Shown here one piece after another: positions 27,056-41,849 of a stretch of 64,000 nucleotides of DNA. The stretch is from Octopus sinensis. Its lineage: Eukaryota. The DNA lies in contig NC_043002.1 in the NCBI RefSeq assembly GCF_006345805.1, positions 59,706,001 to 59,770,000 on the forward strand, read 5' to 3'. The notes below the pieces were generated by a model. That model ran no database searches. It saw only the letters and a list, made by a program, of their open reading frames with translations, and was not told the DNA's origin. The translations under genes and the position numbers were made by a program. Each line of letters opens with the position of its first letter. Positions within the stretch are counted from its first letter, which is position 1.

Positions 27056-27480
27056 TACAGTAGCTACTTGACATATCACGGTTCACCTATCACACACTTG
27101 TCGCGGATTTTTCTGGCTAATATATGTGAACTTATATTGCCGGCACTTCTGTCGCGGGTTTCTGAGGCCGATGGTATTTTATGATTTTAGATTTTAATTA
27201 TTTCCGTGGTAAAATAAGCATTTACGCGCCTAAAAATTGATAGATTAATTAATAAAAATACAGTACAGTACTGCACTGTAGAACACATTAATTAAAATAT
27301 ACAGAAAATACGTAGTGTATCATACTTGAGTAAACAAAGAATTACATATAATATATACAACTTATAAAAATAATAAAGAAATATATACAGTACAACACAT
27401 TCTACTCCGCGGATGTTTTTGGAACATCGCAGGTGTTTTTGGAACATAACGGCCGCGATAGTCAAGGGATCATTGTACAT
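27056..27480. mobile_element. Tigger/pogo-like MITE remnant
   Basis: Right end cgcgatagtcaagggatcattgTA (reverse complement TAcaatgatcccttgactatcgcg); degenerate left end TAcagtagctacttgacatatcacgg; internal tacagtacagtactgcactgta. Confidence 0.5.
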
Positions 27481-28034
27481 TCGTCGTGTATCAACGGAGA
27501 GTCTAAGAAGTGTATTACCACACATAATCTGGTTCATCGAAATAATAAATACATATACGAAGACACCGTCTTACATAACCGCAAACGCACATAGATTCGC
27601 GCGAACATAGACACAAACACAATTACATATGCATACAGAGTGCCTAGTTACATAACTTGCAAACAAAACTAAACTACAAACGTACAAATTACACAGAAAC
27701 TCAGGAATATAATTACAATGATTCATGAAGCAATGTTAGATTAATCAACATGGCCGCTGAAATAATACACACAGCGAAAGGCTACAAAGACTGAATGTAA
27801 GAACGACATAACTCATGAGGTCAAAGGAGTCAAACTTTCAAAGGTTGGGTCAGGCGAGGTGAAAGGTCAACGGAAGTCAAGATTTCACTAGCTTGATTTG
27901 TCATTTAGAGAAAACAAATATTAAAGTTTTGACCTCTTCTATTCCCTTTCAATGCTGTCTATTCGAACAGTTTCAAACACCTATATTTCTATAACATATT
28001 CAATGCAAACATTGTGTGGGTGTGTGAGGTGTGA

Positions 28035-28076
<42 letters not shown>

Positions 28077-28207
28077 TGTGTGGGTGTGTAAGTATATATG
28101 TGTCTATATATATATATATATATAAATACAGACACAGACACAGACACACATATATACATACACGTACACATACGTATATACATATATATGTGTATACACA
28201 CAAAGTA

Positions 28208-28344
28208 GCGCGCAGGAGTGGGTGCGTGGTAAGGAGCTTGCTTACCAACCACATAGTTCCAGGTTCAATCCCACTGCGGGTCGACCAAAGCGTTGGGAGT
28301 CGATTTCGCAGACAGAAACTGAAAGAGGCCCGTGCTATATATAT

Positions 28345-28345
<1 letters not shown>
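28208..28345 (+). mobile_element. SINE 5' part (26355 family)
   Basis: gcgcaggagtgggtgcgtggtaaggagcttgcttaccaaccacatagttccaggttcaatcccactgcg. Confidence 0.85.
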
Positions 28346-28375
<30 letters not shown>

Positions 28376-28474
28376 TGTGTGTGTGTGTGTGTGTGTGTAT
28401 ATATAAATATCTATAGATATATATATATTTTGTATGTTGTATATTATATATATTATATATATATATATATATAT

Positions 28475-28507
<33 letters not shown>

Positions 28508-28509
28508 GC

Positions 28510-28540
<31 letters not shown>

Positions 28541-28826
28541 TATATATATATATATATTATGTATATGTAGATGTAGATGGATGGATGTATGTATGTATAT
28601 ATATATATATTTGAACTTAGTGTACATATACACAAAAGAGGTGAGCCATAACAGGTCGCCTTATATGCTAGAAGGAGCAATCAAAAGTCCAAACCACATT
28701 TAAGAGCAATTTCGAAGGGACTGAACAATAATAACATTTACTATGTTTTACAGCCGGACCTTATGTTTCGATCATTAATTAGCAAAAAAATAATACGATA
28801 AATTTAAAAATTTATACCCAGAGCTT

Positions 28827-28867
<41 letters not shown>

Positions 28868-28870
28868 TAT

Positions 28871-28957
<87 letters not shown>

Positions 28958-29219
28958 CTGTGTGTGGTGTGAAAACCAAATGTATTGTAAGTTCTTCAGG
29001 AGCCATAGACTCATAAATCCAGTTTCCAAGAATCTGTAGAGTATATCTCCCTCGCCTTGATATATTGAGCGTAGGATTAATCCTTTTGTCATCTGAGTGG
29101 ATTGGAACAATGTGAAATAAGTATTTTTTTCAAGTACACCACCGAGTTGTGTAGTCGAAAGCAGAATCTTACAATGATGACTGCAACGCCGAAATCCCTT
29201 AGACACACGCCTCACCTAC

Positions 29220-29301
29220 ACATAGACACATACATGCATACATATATACATACATACATACTTACATGCATACTGATATACAAACATACATGCATACCTA
29301 C

Positions 29302-29332
<31 letters not shown>

Positions 29333-29640
29333 CATACATACACACATGCATACCTGCATACACGCACACATACATAAATATATAGCCATACATATATATA
29401 CGCACACATGCATACATGCATACATGTATACCTACATACATACACACACGCATGCACACATACATGCATGCATACACACGTACGTACATATGTACATACA
29501 TACGTACGTACATACATACACATACACACATACACACATGCATACATGCATACATGCATGCATGCATATATATGTGCACATACTTACATACATACATACA
29601 TACATGCATACATATGTGTGTGTATGTGTTTGTGTACTAG
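29220..29640. repeat. (CATA)n/(CA)n microsatellite block
   Basis: Visible directly. Confidence 0.95.
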
Positions 29641-30379
29641 TGTGTGAAAGTGTAAATCTACGTTTTTATTCGTTTCTTGAGACTTGAGTAATGGTTGTGC
29701 TAACAGGTTTTGTTACTTTTCCATCAATGACAAAATTGTTGCTCCGAATAACGTTCTCGACCCCCTTTGAAGCTTCTATCCTCGGGAAATATATAAAAGA
29801 TATTTCGCTATTATTTCTAGCATGGAAGACGACCATATATCACCTAGGTTGAATAGTAAAAGAGGACGATGAACATGTTGGTAGCATTGTTGATGTTGAT
29901 AATTATGGCCGTGATGATGAGAGTGATGTTGATGAGAATGATGATGATAAGGATGAGGAGGAGGACGAAGATAACGATGTCGACGATATGACAAAAATGA
30001 TGACGATGATGAGGTTGATGATGACGATGATGATGATGATGGTGGTGGTATCCTTTTAATATGTATGTTTTTCCTCAAATGACATCTTCAACACAGTAGT
30101 TTCACAATCTTTGACAACCTAATAGCTATTAACAATTCTAGCTCCTTTCATAATAGTTTATTAAAATTGATCATTTCAGTAGGATGTCACCTTCAAGAGC
30201 AACAACCTCGGCAGCAAAATCATCGAGTGTAATATAAACAACAGCAACAACTAGAAGAGCAACAATATTCACAAAGCGATTGAGATTCAAATAAATGGCA
30301 CCACGCAACCATTCAATTCTATTTCTAAAGCTATTACTAAGGGAAATTCATATTAGTTTGGAAATTTGGCATGAGTCCA

Positions 30380-31030
30380 GAAATTTCGGGGAAAGATGTA
30401 AATCTATGACCTGAAACCCAACGTTCAACAGGCACTCTATTTTTTATTGGCCCCGAAATAATTGAAAGGCGAAGTCTACGTCGGAGGACGAATTTGAACT
30501 CGGAACCTACACGCAGACGCAATGGGGTTAAGCATTTTCTTTCCGGCAGGCCAACGATTCTGCTGGGTCAGCGCCTTAAGAAAGAATTGGCATTGGTTTT
30601 ATATTTGGGCACTAGGCTAGCAAGTTCGAAGGAGGCTTAAGACCTCCCCCCGCCAGCGTTCAACTGGTACTTATTCTATGGACCCCAAAATGTATGAAAG
30701 GCAGTCTACCTCGGTAGAATTTAAACTCAGGATGTAGAGACGGAGAAAATAACGCAAAACATTTTTACCGGCGTGCTAACAATTCTGCCAGCTCGCCGCA
30801 CTAACGAAAATTAATGGTTTCAAATTTTGCCACAAGGGCAGCAGTTTTTTGAGGGGAGGGGATGAATCGATTACATCGACCTCAGTGTTCAAGTGGTACG
30901 TATGTTATCAACCCCGAAAGGATGAAAGGTGAAGTCAACCTCGGCGGAATTTAAATTCAGAATGTAGCGACGTGCGAAATACCGTAAAGTATTTCGTCCA
31001 GCGCGCTAATAATTCTACCAGCGCGCCGCA
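30380..31030 (-). mobile_element. Three adjacent degenerate SINE copies (12105 family)
   Basis: gaatttgaactc/gaatttaaactc cores at ~30490, ~30720 and ~30950, each followed by (gtgc)taa...attctgcc ends. Confidence 0.8.
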
Positions 31031-31309
31031 TTAAGGAAAATTAATGTTAATACTAAAACCAGATGATAATTTAACAAATGCTGATAACGTAACTTGTATT
31101 ATGCAACTAATAATCATCTTATGTTTCTGGAACATACGTAAGATAGTTTCAATAAATATCTTATAAACCTGCTAACTTACATAAGATGGTATCTGATAAC
31201 GTATGTGAGATTGTTTATAAAATATTCATAAACCATCTCTCGTTTTGTTTTGTTTCCTTCTAAATCGATAATAATGATTTTCTAAAAGAGACCAGTATTA
31301 ATATTCAGT

Positions 31310-31715
31310 TCCGAAAGGTAGGCATGGCTCTGTGGTTAAGACACTTGCTTTGCAACCATGTGGTTTTGGTTTCAGTCCCGCTGTTCGACATCTAGGGGAC
31401 GTCTTCTGCATTGTCACCAGGCAGACCGAATATGGTCGACGGAAACAGGAAGACTATTGTATATATATGAGTATAGGCCTTTCTGTTCGGATTTACATTT
31501 CCAGCGTCCCACATACACCGCAGCTTCGCTAGTATTGGTTTGTTTGCGTCCCTGTAATTTAGTCGTACGACAAGGGACAATAGTATAACTGGTAGACTTA
31601 GAAAATAAAAGTAACCAGAAAAGAAAACAAATCTCAGAAAAATATGTACAGGGGTCGATTTGTTTGACTAAACCATGCAAGGCATTACTGCAGCATGGCC
31701 GCAGTCCTGTGGTTG
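31310..31715 (+). mobile_element. Degenerate SINE (26355 family)
   Basis: ggcatggctctgtggttaagacacttgc...ggtttcagtcccgctg...ggggtcgatttgtttgactaa...gcatggccgcagtc. Confidence 0.75.
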
Positions 31716-32995
31716 ACACTAGTAGAGGTCGCTGTAAGTGCTGTAGAGGCGTTGAATGTTATTTCCAACTAATTTGACTGGTGTTTACCTTTATAGTTTC
31801 GTGATTGATATACATTTGTATTTAAAATCTTCGGAATTGTTTCCTGCTGCCTGTAAGCAAAAATAAGATATAGGCTTGGTAGGTGTTACTTTAAGGTGTT
31901 TATGATCCCTGGTTTATTGGTGATTAATACTTTTGCGTAATTGTGCTTATGGGAGATAGTAGGATATAACTGAGATCCTGTACGCGTATGAGCTCGTAGA
32001 TATTTCATCAGGTAGTGTAGAAAGATAATGTGAGTATAGCTTCTATTCAAAAAGGAGCGAATACATGAATCCTTAGTATACATTTAAAAATACTTTTAGT
32101 TCCTCCCGTGCTGCTCATCGCATTCAGTGGCAGGTCCCACTACGAGGTTCGGTCGACTACTGCAAGTATATTTCATGTGGTCCTCTCCTAACTTCAAGTC
32201 CTCTTGGAATATCCGACTCCAAGTGGTCATTGAACTGTCCCTATTTAAGTCCGAAGTAATGTGGTATTTATTTATGTAAGTACCGTTGATTGGGTTGACA
32301 GAATGAGGTCTGTTAGGCGGAATCAGAGTTCTGGTACACTTGCAGAGTTCGTGACCTCGTTTTTCTCAGAATTTCCCTATTTTTGATACACCTTAAGACA
32401 GAGCAAAATTTCTGAATGCGCTTTGTTCTATACAATACTTTCTTCTATATGCAAACAGCCTGATATTGTAGGGGAGAACGCCGGTCGATTAAATCGACGC
32501 CACTTCTCAACTGCTACTTAAGTTACAAGTTGAAATCCACCATGTTGGATCTCGTCAATATCAATGGCGGCTTTCAACTCCATTTGTCTATGTAGTTGTG
32601 AACTAAATACTCAACAATTATTAATTACTAAAGAAACAAATTCCATCAAGAAACTTTATTCACAGCAACTGAAGACAATATAAGTAAGAGCAAGAATAAA
32701 AAATCTCAACATAGTTTTGGATGTATTCAAAGAAAACTGAGAATGTTCCTTTTCTTAATTTTAGATCCCAGTTAAACCCACATCAGGGTCAAGCAACGTA
32801 AGTACGTGTAGCTTTGTGATTGTCACTCATTGACCACAATCGAAGAGGAAACGATGGCACTAGAAGTAAAATGGAATAAGCTAGCAATCAAAGAAACAAT
32901 GATGTCCCAGTATGACCAGAGTCTTTGGGTGAAACAAGCGATTGTTTAAGTAAAAGAGGAACCATGATTAGAATAGTAGAGAGTTGGAAATAATA

Positions 32996-33557
32996 TTGGG
33001 TTGTCCGGAAAGTTCGCGCCGATTTTTAAAGGAAAGAAAAAGGTCAATAAATACTGGCCATTACATTTTTAATCAACCAAATATGAACCATTTTGTTGCA
33101 CAATGCGTCTCCATCTTTCCTTTAACTTGAAGATACCCTCTTCCCAGAAATGAGGTGATTTCATGGCAAAGAATTTATAAAAGTATCTTTTTATGCCATC
33201 CAATTGAAATTGTTACCATTATGACTATTCTGCAGAGACCTGAGTAAGTGGAAATCCGAAGGAGCAACATCTGGAGAATATGGAGGATGGGGTAACACAT
33301 CCCAGCCGACCTGCAGCAATTTTTATCTGATTCTCAAAGCATTGAGTGCCGAAAATGAAATTTCTTATCTTCCATTTCAAAGGGTTACAGAATTAACACA
33401 GCTTATAGGATCATAAACCTTCTTCCACGAAAAGATAGCTTAAACTGTGCTCTAAATGGAGGTGTAGGCAAATCCTATTATATGGACTCAACCATATTCT
33501 AAAATAAGTCGAAATGTAAGCTAATATAAATCGGTACGAACTTTCCGGACAACCCAA
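32996..33557 (-). mobile_element. Internally deleted mariner element with TIRs and TA TSD
   Basis: TA-ttgggttgtccggaaagttcg ... cgaactttccggacaacccaa-TA; minus strand encodes WDVLPHPPYSPDVAPSDFHL...LKERWRRIVQQNGSY (YSPDLAP motif). Confidence 0.95.
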
Positions 33558-34119
33558 TAAAACAAGAAGATATCGACACAGATATAATATGCAAAGAAAG
33601 CTTCCATATATTTATAGATTCGAAAAATAAACCACGTGGGAATGAACTTAGAAATGAATAGTCGTGGTCGATAGAACTTTGTGGTATAATGAAAAATACG
33701 TTTAGATTTCCGTTGCCTTAGCTCTACAGAAAGCAGCCTACCACGTCACAGTAGATAGAGATAACCACCTTCAAAGTAGGTTTACTCAAATAAAAAGCGA
33801 GCAATCGAATTTGCTTGGTGAACAATTGAAAGGAAAACGAATCTGATATTTTCACAAGGGTACGTGATTCTTTTTGTGATTTCGTATATTATAGGTAATG
33901 TGTTTTACACTAAACTGACACTTGTTTGTATACACAGCTATTATTTTCAGATAATTTGTGAAGATATTGGTTTAGGAAAACAATATAGGGATAACACTGT
34001 AAATGAAACCGAGCATAAGACTTCAGGGGAACTTATTTCAACGACCACTAGAAAAAAAAAACAGACAAAACAAATGATAGGCAAAGTTAACACATGCACG
34101 ACTCAATGAAATTATTATT

Positions 34120-34173
34120 AGTAGTAGTAGTATTAAGAATGATAAAAATAATGATAATGATGATAATGATGGA

Positions 34174-34234
<61 letters not shown>

Positions 34235-34375
34235 TTGACGACGACGATGATGATGATTAAGCTTTTGATGTTGGTGGTGAAGACGACGATGCTGTTGCTG
34301 TTAGTAATCATCATCATCATCATGATTGTCGTGGTCGTGGTCGTCGTCATCATCATCATCATCATAATCATGAAA
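34120..34375. repeat. (GAT)n/(CAT)n trinucleotide microsatellite
   Basis: Visible directly; explains the poly-M/poly-I ORFs. Confidence 0.95.
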
Positions 34376-34771
34376 ATAAGATCAATAACAGTAATAAAGA
34401 TCGGCTGTTTATATATTTTCCAATTGGTCACGCAAATTTAAATATTTATAAATGATTGAAAACCCAGATCATGACTAATCGTCATGATTTCTATAATTAA
34501 CGAAATATCTGCGAGAGAACTGACGTTTCTAGTCACAGTAGTGTAAGAGACTCTCTCCTTCTGTATTGCATTCTCTGAAAAATACACTCTAATTATATGC
34601 AGACAAGTTTTCCTTCCACATGTTAGTCTAAGGATAGCCATAACCTGCATGACCTCTACAGGGACTCGAACGCGAATGATTCCGATTTGGTGGAAGTAGG
34701 TATAAGTCGATTATTTCTCTGAGATAATCATATGAAACGTGAGTATTTTTTAATACAAAATCTAGGGTAGT

Positions 34772-34965
34772 AAGCTTGTAGAGTCGTTAGCACATCGGGT
34801 GAAACGTTCGTGGTTACCTTCTGAGTTCAAATTCCGCGGAGGTCGCCTTTGTCTTTCATAATTTCGGGATTCATAAAATCAATACCATTTGAGTACTGGG
34901 ATAAATGTAATCAATTTACTACATCTCTTCAAATTCCTGGTTTTGTGCCAACATTCGAAACTATT
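34772..34965 (+). mobile_element. Degenerate SINE (12105 family)
   Basis: gtcgttagcacatcggg...ttctgagttcaaattccgcggaggtcgcctttgtctttcat. Confidence 0.8.
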
Positions 34966-34984
34966 ATTAATTCTAATCCTTCTT

Positions 34985-35400
34985 GTCATGTTTCATCTAG
35001 TCTTCAGTTGTAGTGGAAAGTAGGGACGATATGCTGTGAGAATAATTCTTTCATTCATCTTGTTTATTCTGACGAGGAACTGTTGAGCTAAACATAGAAA
35101 CATCGTAAGTACCGTGTGTTCTAAAAGTTGCAGCATAATTATGAGTGAAGTATTTGTTTTGCTGATGCTTTTCAATCTGTGGCTGTCTTGGACACGTGTG
35201 TAAAAGTTGTTACATTCCAAATATTTCAAGTAATATTGTGTATATTATTCTTGAAACTTATATATTCTCAATAGCTGTTCATAATTTCAACAGTTTCCAG
35301 GCCTGAGGTGAAGGCACGGCTTTTGAGTTGCGGTTTTGTCTGTACAATATTCCCACGAAGGATTATCATATCAAGGAAGCTGGAGAACTCAGAGCAGCCT
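34985..35400 (-). pseudogene. Possible heavily deleted Penelope-like remnant
   Basis: Minus-strand fragments SFLDMIILRGNIVQTKP (PLE RT FLD...KP-like) and NIHNIT*NI..CNNFY (GIY-YIG-like); frameshifted. Confidence 0.4.
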
Positions 35401-35982
35401 GTGGGTTGTTTAACCTAGTTATTAACTTCTTGCGTTTCTCAAAATTTCTTTATATGAATTATCAATACATGCTTCTAAACCCCTGTGTGATATTCAGCCG
35501 GTGACAAAGCCATATTCACGGCCAGCATCTGTGAATAATTGTAAAGGAAAATCAATAATAGAAGCCCGTAACCCATTGGTGCAATGAAGCACCATTTGAA
35601 TGTATCACCATTATGTTCTGTCTAACGCATATCAATTGGCAGATGATCAGCTATCTCAGACTTTTATTTCACATATGAATTTAATCAAAACATTGCCACA
35701 TTGTAAAGCAAAGAAGATTGCATGAATAATGTCCTGCAATGTATCACTCCGTAGCTCCTGTAATGGGTAAAGTGGCCGGCGCCGATGAATGATAAGTGCT
35801 ATTGAAAATGATACAGCGCATTATCACTGTGACATTAAAGAAAATGGTGAATATTTGTGCAGTATAAGAACATTCAAATTATTTAGCAAGTTTCAACTAT
35901 TATTAAACGAAACAGAATATAAATAGAAACAGTAACGATACGAATGCTTCATAAATTTAAGTATTTATATATATATATATAT

Positions 35983-36022
<40 letters not shown>

Positions 36023-36230
36023 GATGTATGTAAATACGTATATGTATATATATATAGTGTTAATGCAAAGTTTTATAAACAAAATGTACATAAAATTAAA
36101 CATGCCAGCCGTGCCTTACTAAAAACCCATTGTGAACGTACGTTCAATGAATATAATCGAAATGTAGATAGAAGTATAAAACTGTCTTTGCATTTAGAAT
36201 GTAACAATTCAAACATCCATATATATGTAA

Positions 36231-36613
36231 ACTAGCAGTATCGCCCGGCGTTGCTCAGGTTTGTAAGGGAAATAACTATAAAGCATTTTTAGAGAGTTAT
36301 AGCCAAAAAATAGCAAAAAAATGGAAAAAAATGATGGTAATTTTTTTTTTGTTAAAAAAGGTGAAGTTGCGTCCCCTAGACAGTTTGCGGTTTGTGTTTC
36401 TGATTCTCGACCCCATGTCGAATTTATCGATTTTTTTCAGAGCTGGGGGAACTTTTCAAAATTTTCGCTGCGTTAGTTTTGAATTATGACATTGGGCTAT
36501 GTGTGTGTCAAGTTTCATCAGAATCGGTTGAAAGCCGTGGTCAGGGTGAGGGTACAAGCAAACAGACACACAGAAACACGCACAGACAAACTGCCGTTTA
36601 TATAGAGAGAGAT
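36231..36613. mobile_element. Non-autonomous Helitron/Helentron-like element
   Basis: 5' actagcagtatcgcccggcgttgctcagg; 3' acagacaaactgccgtttatatagagagagat. These ends resemble invertebrate non-autonomous rolling-circle elements (recalled, not searched). Confidence 0.55.
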
Positions 36614-36954
36614 AAGTCTCCTTGCTTTCTATACATGCCGTATCTTGAATGTTCAGTCAGTAAGAAACAATATTTCATTATATTATAATTATTTTTTAAA
36701 AGACTTGTATGGCAAAACGGCTACTTGTGGGACATGGACCAGTTAAGTTAGCTTGCAGTTGATACGGGAATCGCATTCAAAAGGTAGCTACAGCTTTAAC
36801 TCCTTCGAAGGGGATTTAATAATATGCAATTTAAACTAAGACGTCACCGAAAGTATTACTCACGAGAGATAAGCTACACGAGGTAGGAGTGCCCTTGCTC
36901 CGATCCATCAATGCTCTGATAGACAGACTTATTGGAACCTCCTCGTCGTGCCTG

Positions 36955-37920
36955 TGGTGTCTTCTTAGCCAATCTGATTGCGCTGAAAAAGAAGGGCAGA
37001 AAAATGTGTCCGATAGCGATGGATAACGTCTTTCGACGATTTGTGGTCACGTTAAGTCAATCAGGGATGGCATGAGTGAAGTACTAAACCCCGTCCAGAG
37101 GGGAATGGGGGCAACTGTGGATGTGAAGTGGCTCCCCACGCTGCTAGACGCTTCATGCAGCACAGATTGTCGTTGTCACCTTGTCTCCTGCTGAATGTAT
37201 ATGTATAAATGCGACAACATCTTGGAGACTTGTCTCGGACACCCACTCACGTACCTCTCTTCTATGGTACGCCCAGCTCATGGCTTCTGACAACATGATC
37301 TCTTCTTCCACAGGTATCCAGCAAAGTGACCCACTTCGTCTGCTCTTTCTTGCATTGGCTGTCGACCATGCTGCCTGATCAGCCCACTCAGCCTTCAATG
37401 TTTAGCACTTGGATGACACGACTTTAGGTGGTTCGGTTGCATCTAATGTTGAATCTCAGCATGATATCCCAGCCCTAAATCTTCTCGGGATGGAGATGAA
37501 CCTGCCCAAATCGGAGATGATAAATGTAAGTTGTTGTAAGGCCGAATTTCCGGACGCCATCCTCAGCATCTAATCCGTCTTGACGGGAGTTCGGTGGACA
37601 CTAAGGGATGCTGCCTGCATTCTTGGCTCCCCAATTCTTTCGAAAACCATAACGCAGGGCCTGGAGCCAAACTTTCGGACTTGTCCAGGATGATCGAGAT
37701 ATTTCGCCCCACTGATGTCCACCTGGTTCTCTTCCTGTTGAGGAATTGCTTTGCTCTGCCTAAGTTACTTTTCTCGTTGCGCAGTTCGACATGTCACCCT
37801 CTCAGAAACTGCGTCAGTGATTTCGATAATATTATCCGGCGCAGTGTTGAAATAATCTGCAATGTCAATTCTGACAGCGCCGGCTGACAAGAGGCTAACC
37901 GCGAGGTCGGTAAACATCCC
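36955..37920 (+). pseudogene. CRE-clade non-LTR retrotransposon RT remnant
   Basis: LIALKK...PIAMDNVFRR, GCEVAPHAARRF, ISSSTGIQQSDPLRLLFLAL, HLDDTTLGG, LFLLRNCFALPKLLFSLRS, all in RT order with frameshifts. Confidence 0.8.
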
Positions 37921-37995
37921 AGTGGAACGACACGCTTGGCAATATATATATATACATATACATACATACATATATATATACATACATACATATAC

Positions 37996-38043
<48 letters not shown>

Positions 38044-38904
38044 TATATATATATCTTTGCGTGTGTGTGTGTGTGTTTAAGTGTGTATCTATATGCCTAT
38101 CAAGGAAGTGTGTGTGTCTCCAAAACGGTAAAATACTTACATTCAGTAGATTTTCAATTTATACCCTCTTATGGACGGTCAGACTACATCTACAAAGATA
38201 GAATTATTTTCACATACACACACACACACTCAAACACATACGCGGTCGTGCACGCGCACCGACTCACGGAAATACGTGCTCATATCTCGGATGTGAGAAA
38301 ATAGATAGACGGGGAAAGGAAAAAGAAAAAGCACAATATACAGCAGAATTATGTGAATAAATAAAGATAAAGTGATATTGGAATCAATGTGGCAGATAAG
38401 TACGTGAATAACCATATTGATATTTCGATAGAAAGATATGTATAGTTAAGCAAATATGTTTACTGATTCTTGTAACCCGATAGAACACTTTAGCCTTTTG
38501 CGGAACAGTGAAATATTCAAGAATGGAGTTTAGTCTCTTACTACAGCGAACAATCTCGGAACTTTGGCATTTACATCAATATCCCAAACAAATAGCAACA
38601 ATTTTGCCGTCTGTCAAAATATCGTTGAACTATTAACTGCAGATATCCACCGACATGTCAAAGTTCACTTGTATCGTGTATCCCGGACAAGAATCAAAAT
38701 GTTCTCAAACACGTTCATATATCATTGCTCACTTGCAATTGAATTACTCCGTTGCTAATATTAATTACCTTGTCTGGTAGCGTTTGATATCATCAGAAAA
38801 TCATATCTGTCACATGTCGACTGGAAGGTTAGAATCACGTTGAAAATTACTGAGAGATGCCGACGCTCCGGTGTGTGCAGGCCTGGTGATTAGTATCATG
38901 AAAG

Positions 38905-38948
38905 TTTTTCAATAACATACATATGCATACGTACATACAAATATACAT

Positions 38949-39013
<65 letters not shown>

Positions 39014-39112
39014 CATATATGCATATGTATATATATACATACATATATACAGACAGACACACAGATACACACACAGACATATATACAAACGTATGCGTTC
39101 GTGTATGTTTGC

Positions 39113-39147
<35 letters not shown>

Positions 39148-39149
39148 TC

Positions 39150-39226
<77 letters not shown>

Positions 39227-39260
39227 ATATATGTATGTATACACACACATGCGCTTATGT
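38905..39260. repeat. (CA)n/(TA)n microsatellite block
   Basis: Visible directly. Confidence 0.95.
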
Positions 39261-40439
39261 ACACATATATTTATGAAATTTATAAATGTACGCGTATTGG
39301 TCTGTAATGTTGCTCTCGACCTATTGCCGCCAAAGAGATTGAGTTGTATTATATGATATTATACAGATATTAATGCTACTATAACTATATATAGATCTAC
39401 TTTACTAGTTCAGGCTTCCGCTTCTTTTCAAAAATTTATCGAATCTGCTATTAACTCTAGTCGCACAAAGCATCGTCGAATGAAATATATGCTTATACAA
39501 TATTATTCACCACATTTCGTGCACACTCGGATGTGGGAAGCTCTTTTACCTGGGAAATAGTCGCGGGGTGACATTCTACTGATAGACAGAATTTGTGAAC
39601 ATACATTAGGCAATGAATGAATTATTCGAATCGTCGAATATATACGTTTTTGAGCTGTAATGCTTTATTGCATCTGAATTCCGAATCAGCGTTTCACAAC
39701 CCTATAAGAATGGGTTAAACTACACTTATTGATGAGCACAAACCCCGACCAAGTTAGACTTCATAAAAGTCACACAACGGTTCTGCAGCAAGAGGATTCT
39801 CCATGTCGCTGTGTATACGAATCTAACAAAAATCGTTGTACCTGTATATATAATAACGTCTGTAATATGAGTTTCTTTGAGTTTTACTATTTCTCTGCTT
39901 GTCTTTCCCTTATTGGCTGCCCATGTATCCGTTCTCCTTCTTTCGTTCTGTCTTTCCTTAACAACTTACTAATAAGCTTATGTATATATAAAAAGTTCTT
40001 CCTTTTTACGTGTAATAACACATCTATATGAACACCCCTAGACAACAAACACTTTATTGAATCAACTAGCCTATGAATTTTTGAAACGGGTGTAAAATTG
40101 TACCAAGCACTCTATTTCGCAATCGCCAAGTATGTTTTGTGTTAACGTTTATGTAACATCTTTCCTAACTATTTAAGCTTGTTAACCGCACAGCATAACC
40201 GGAATTTGTAAACCAAACATCTCCTGCAAAGAAATTATAAATGCAACCACCCTTCAAACTGGCACATTATTGCAATTATGTCGGATTGAAGCGGGGATGC
40301 GTTGAGGAATCACAACTATCGCTCTGGTATCGACAGGAGTTATTCAACAATTACATGAAAACGTTTTAAGTATGGCAAACAGCTAAAATATACGAACATT
40401 TATTTCGAGCGATAGAAAGTTCATATGCCTGTCCATATT

Positions 40440-40915
40440 CATTTGAGAACTGAAAAACCTCCCAGATTTGACATGTTGGGGAAAAGAAATTCTGTTGCAG
40501 TGCATTTATGTGTTGTGATCCTGAATTGGGTAGGGAACGTATGGCCTGTGGTCTTAACCATGGATGAGCTTTGAAGCTAGTGTTGAGGTCGTTTGGGCAA
40601 TGCTGGTGGTATATTCTTCACATCGAGCAAATGATATATCACTCGCAGTGGCGCTGGAGAGAGTAGAGTTTCAATGTTTTAAGTAATAGAGATCAGTCAT
40701 CCCCTTAATTCGCTTAGTGAGTGCCCTCTGGGGTGATTCAATTTTCGAGATGTTTTGTTTTGTATGGGGAGACCACAGGGGCAGCAGCATTCGAGGTGTG
40801 GCCGTACAAAGGAGGAAAATAGTGGAATGATGACACCTTGTTCTCTGAACCAGAAGGTTCTTAGGATCCAGGAGCTCATCCTACGAGCTATATCGATGCT
40901 GCATGAAAGCATATG
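40440..40915 (-). pseudogene. CR1-clade LINE ORF2 C-terminal remnant
   Basis: WILRTF..R..GVIIPLFSSFVRPHLECCCP (VRPHLEY motif). Confidence 0.8.
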
Positions 40916-41053
40916 GTAGCCGATGACCGAAAAGAAGCTTTGAAATACAGGTTATATGATTATTGCTCACGTGGCATTAAATAGCATGTGTTTATGAGCG
41001 TCTGTTTGAGAGAGAGAAAATAAGAGACAGACAGATAGAGTCAGAGACAGAAT

Positions 41054-41097
<44 letters not shown>

Positions 41098-41740
41098 CAA
41101 AAACATCTGCAAGATACAGCATTTAATAAAATATGATATATCCTTCTAGCACATGCTTTTTGTTTTTCGTACAATCATACGTCCATATATTCTGTAAGCA
41201 TTGTATGAGCTTGTTTCATTACAATTTATATAACAACTCTGCAATTGTATACATGTACGTTTTGTCATATTCAGGATATTTTTTGTGTGTTTCTATCATG
41301 CCTTTTGCTGGTTTCCTATAGTTTATAATAGGGATGACCTTTTGTAAATATCAAAATATCAATGCAGGTTACTTTAACATTTTCTTCAGCATTATCTTGA
41401 CAATTGAACATAGTATGTACAATTGAGCATGCGCAGAAGATTATTTAGCAAACACACTTCATCTGTTGTGTAGAATGCTCTGAAATTCTGTGAGTAGTGT
41501 GTGCTAATGTAATACATGTATGCGGCTATGTATGTATGTATGTATGTATTATTTTATAATGTATTTATGTGTTACTGTATATATGTGTGTTTGTTTGTAT
41601 TTGTATCTATATATATATGGATATAAGTATTTGTGTGTTTGTGCATTCATGAATCTATGCGCGTATCTTTGCATGTAAGTATGCACGTAAGCATGCCTGT
41701 GTGTATGCATGTATGTCTGTGTATATATATAAACCGTAGA

Positions 41741-41778
<38 letters not shown>

Positions 41779-41849
41779 ATGTGTTTTTACTTGCGTGTGT
41801 GCATGTGTGTATGTGAGTCTGTGTGTACATATTATATATATATTTATAT

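Noticed and set aside
34984-35015. Minus-strand CTGAAGA-ctagat-GAAA-catg
   Set aside because: No stem II, no U16.1 and no stem I; possibly the decayed end of the adjacent PLE-like remnant.
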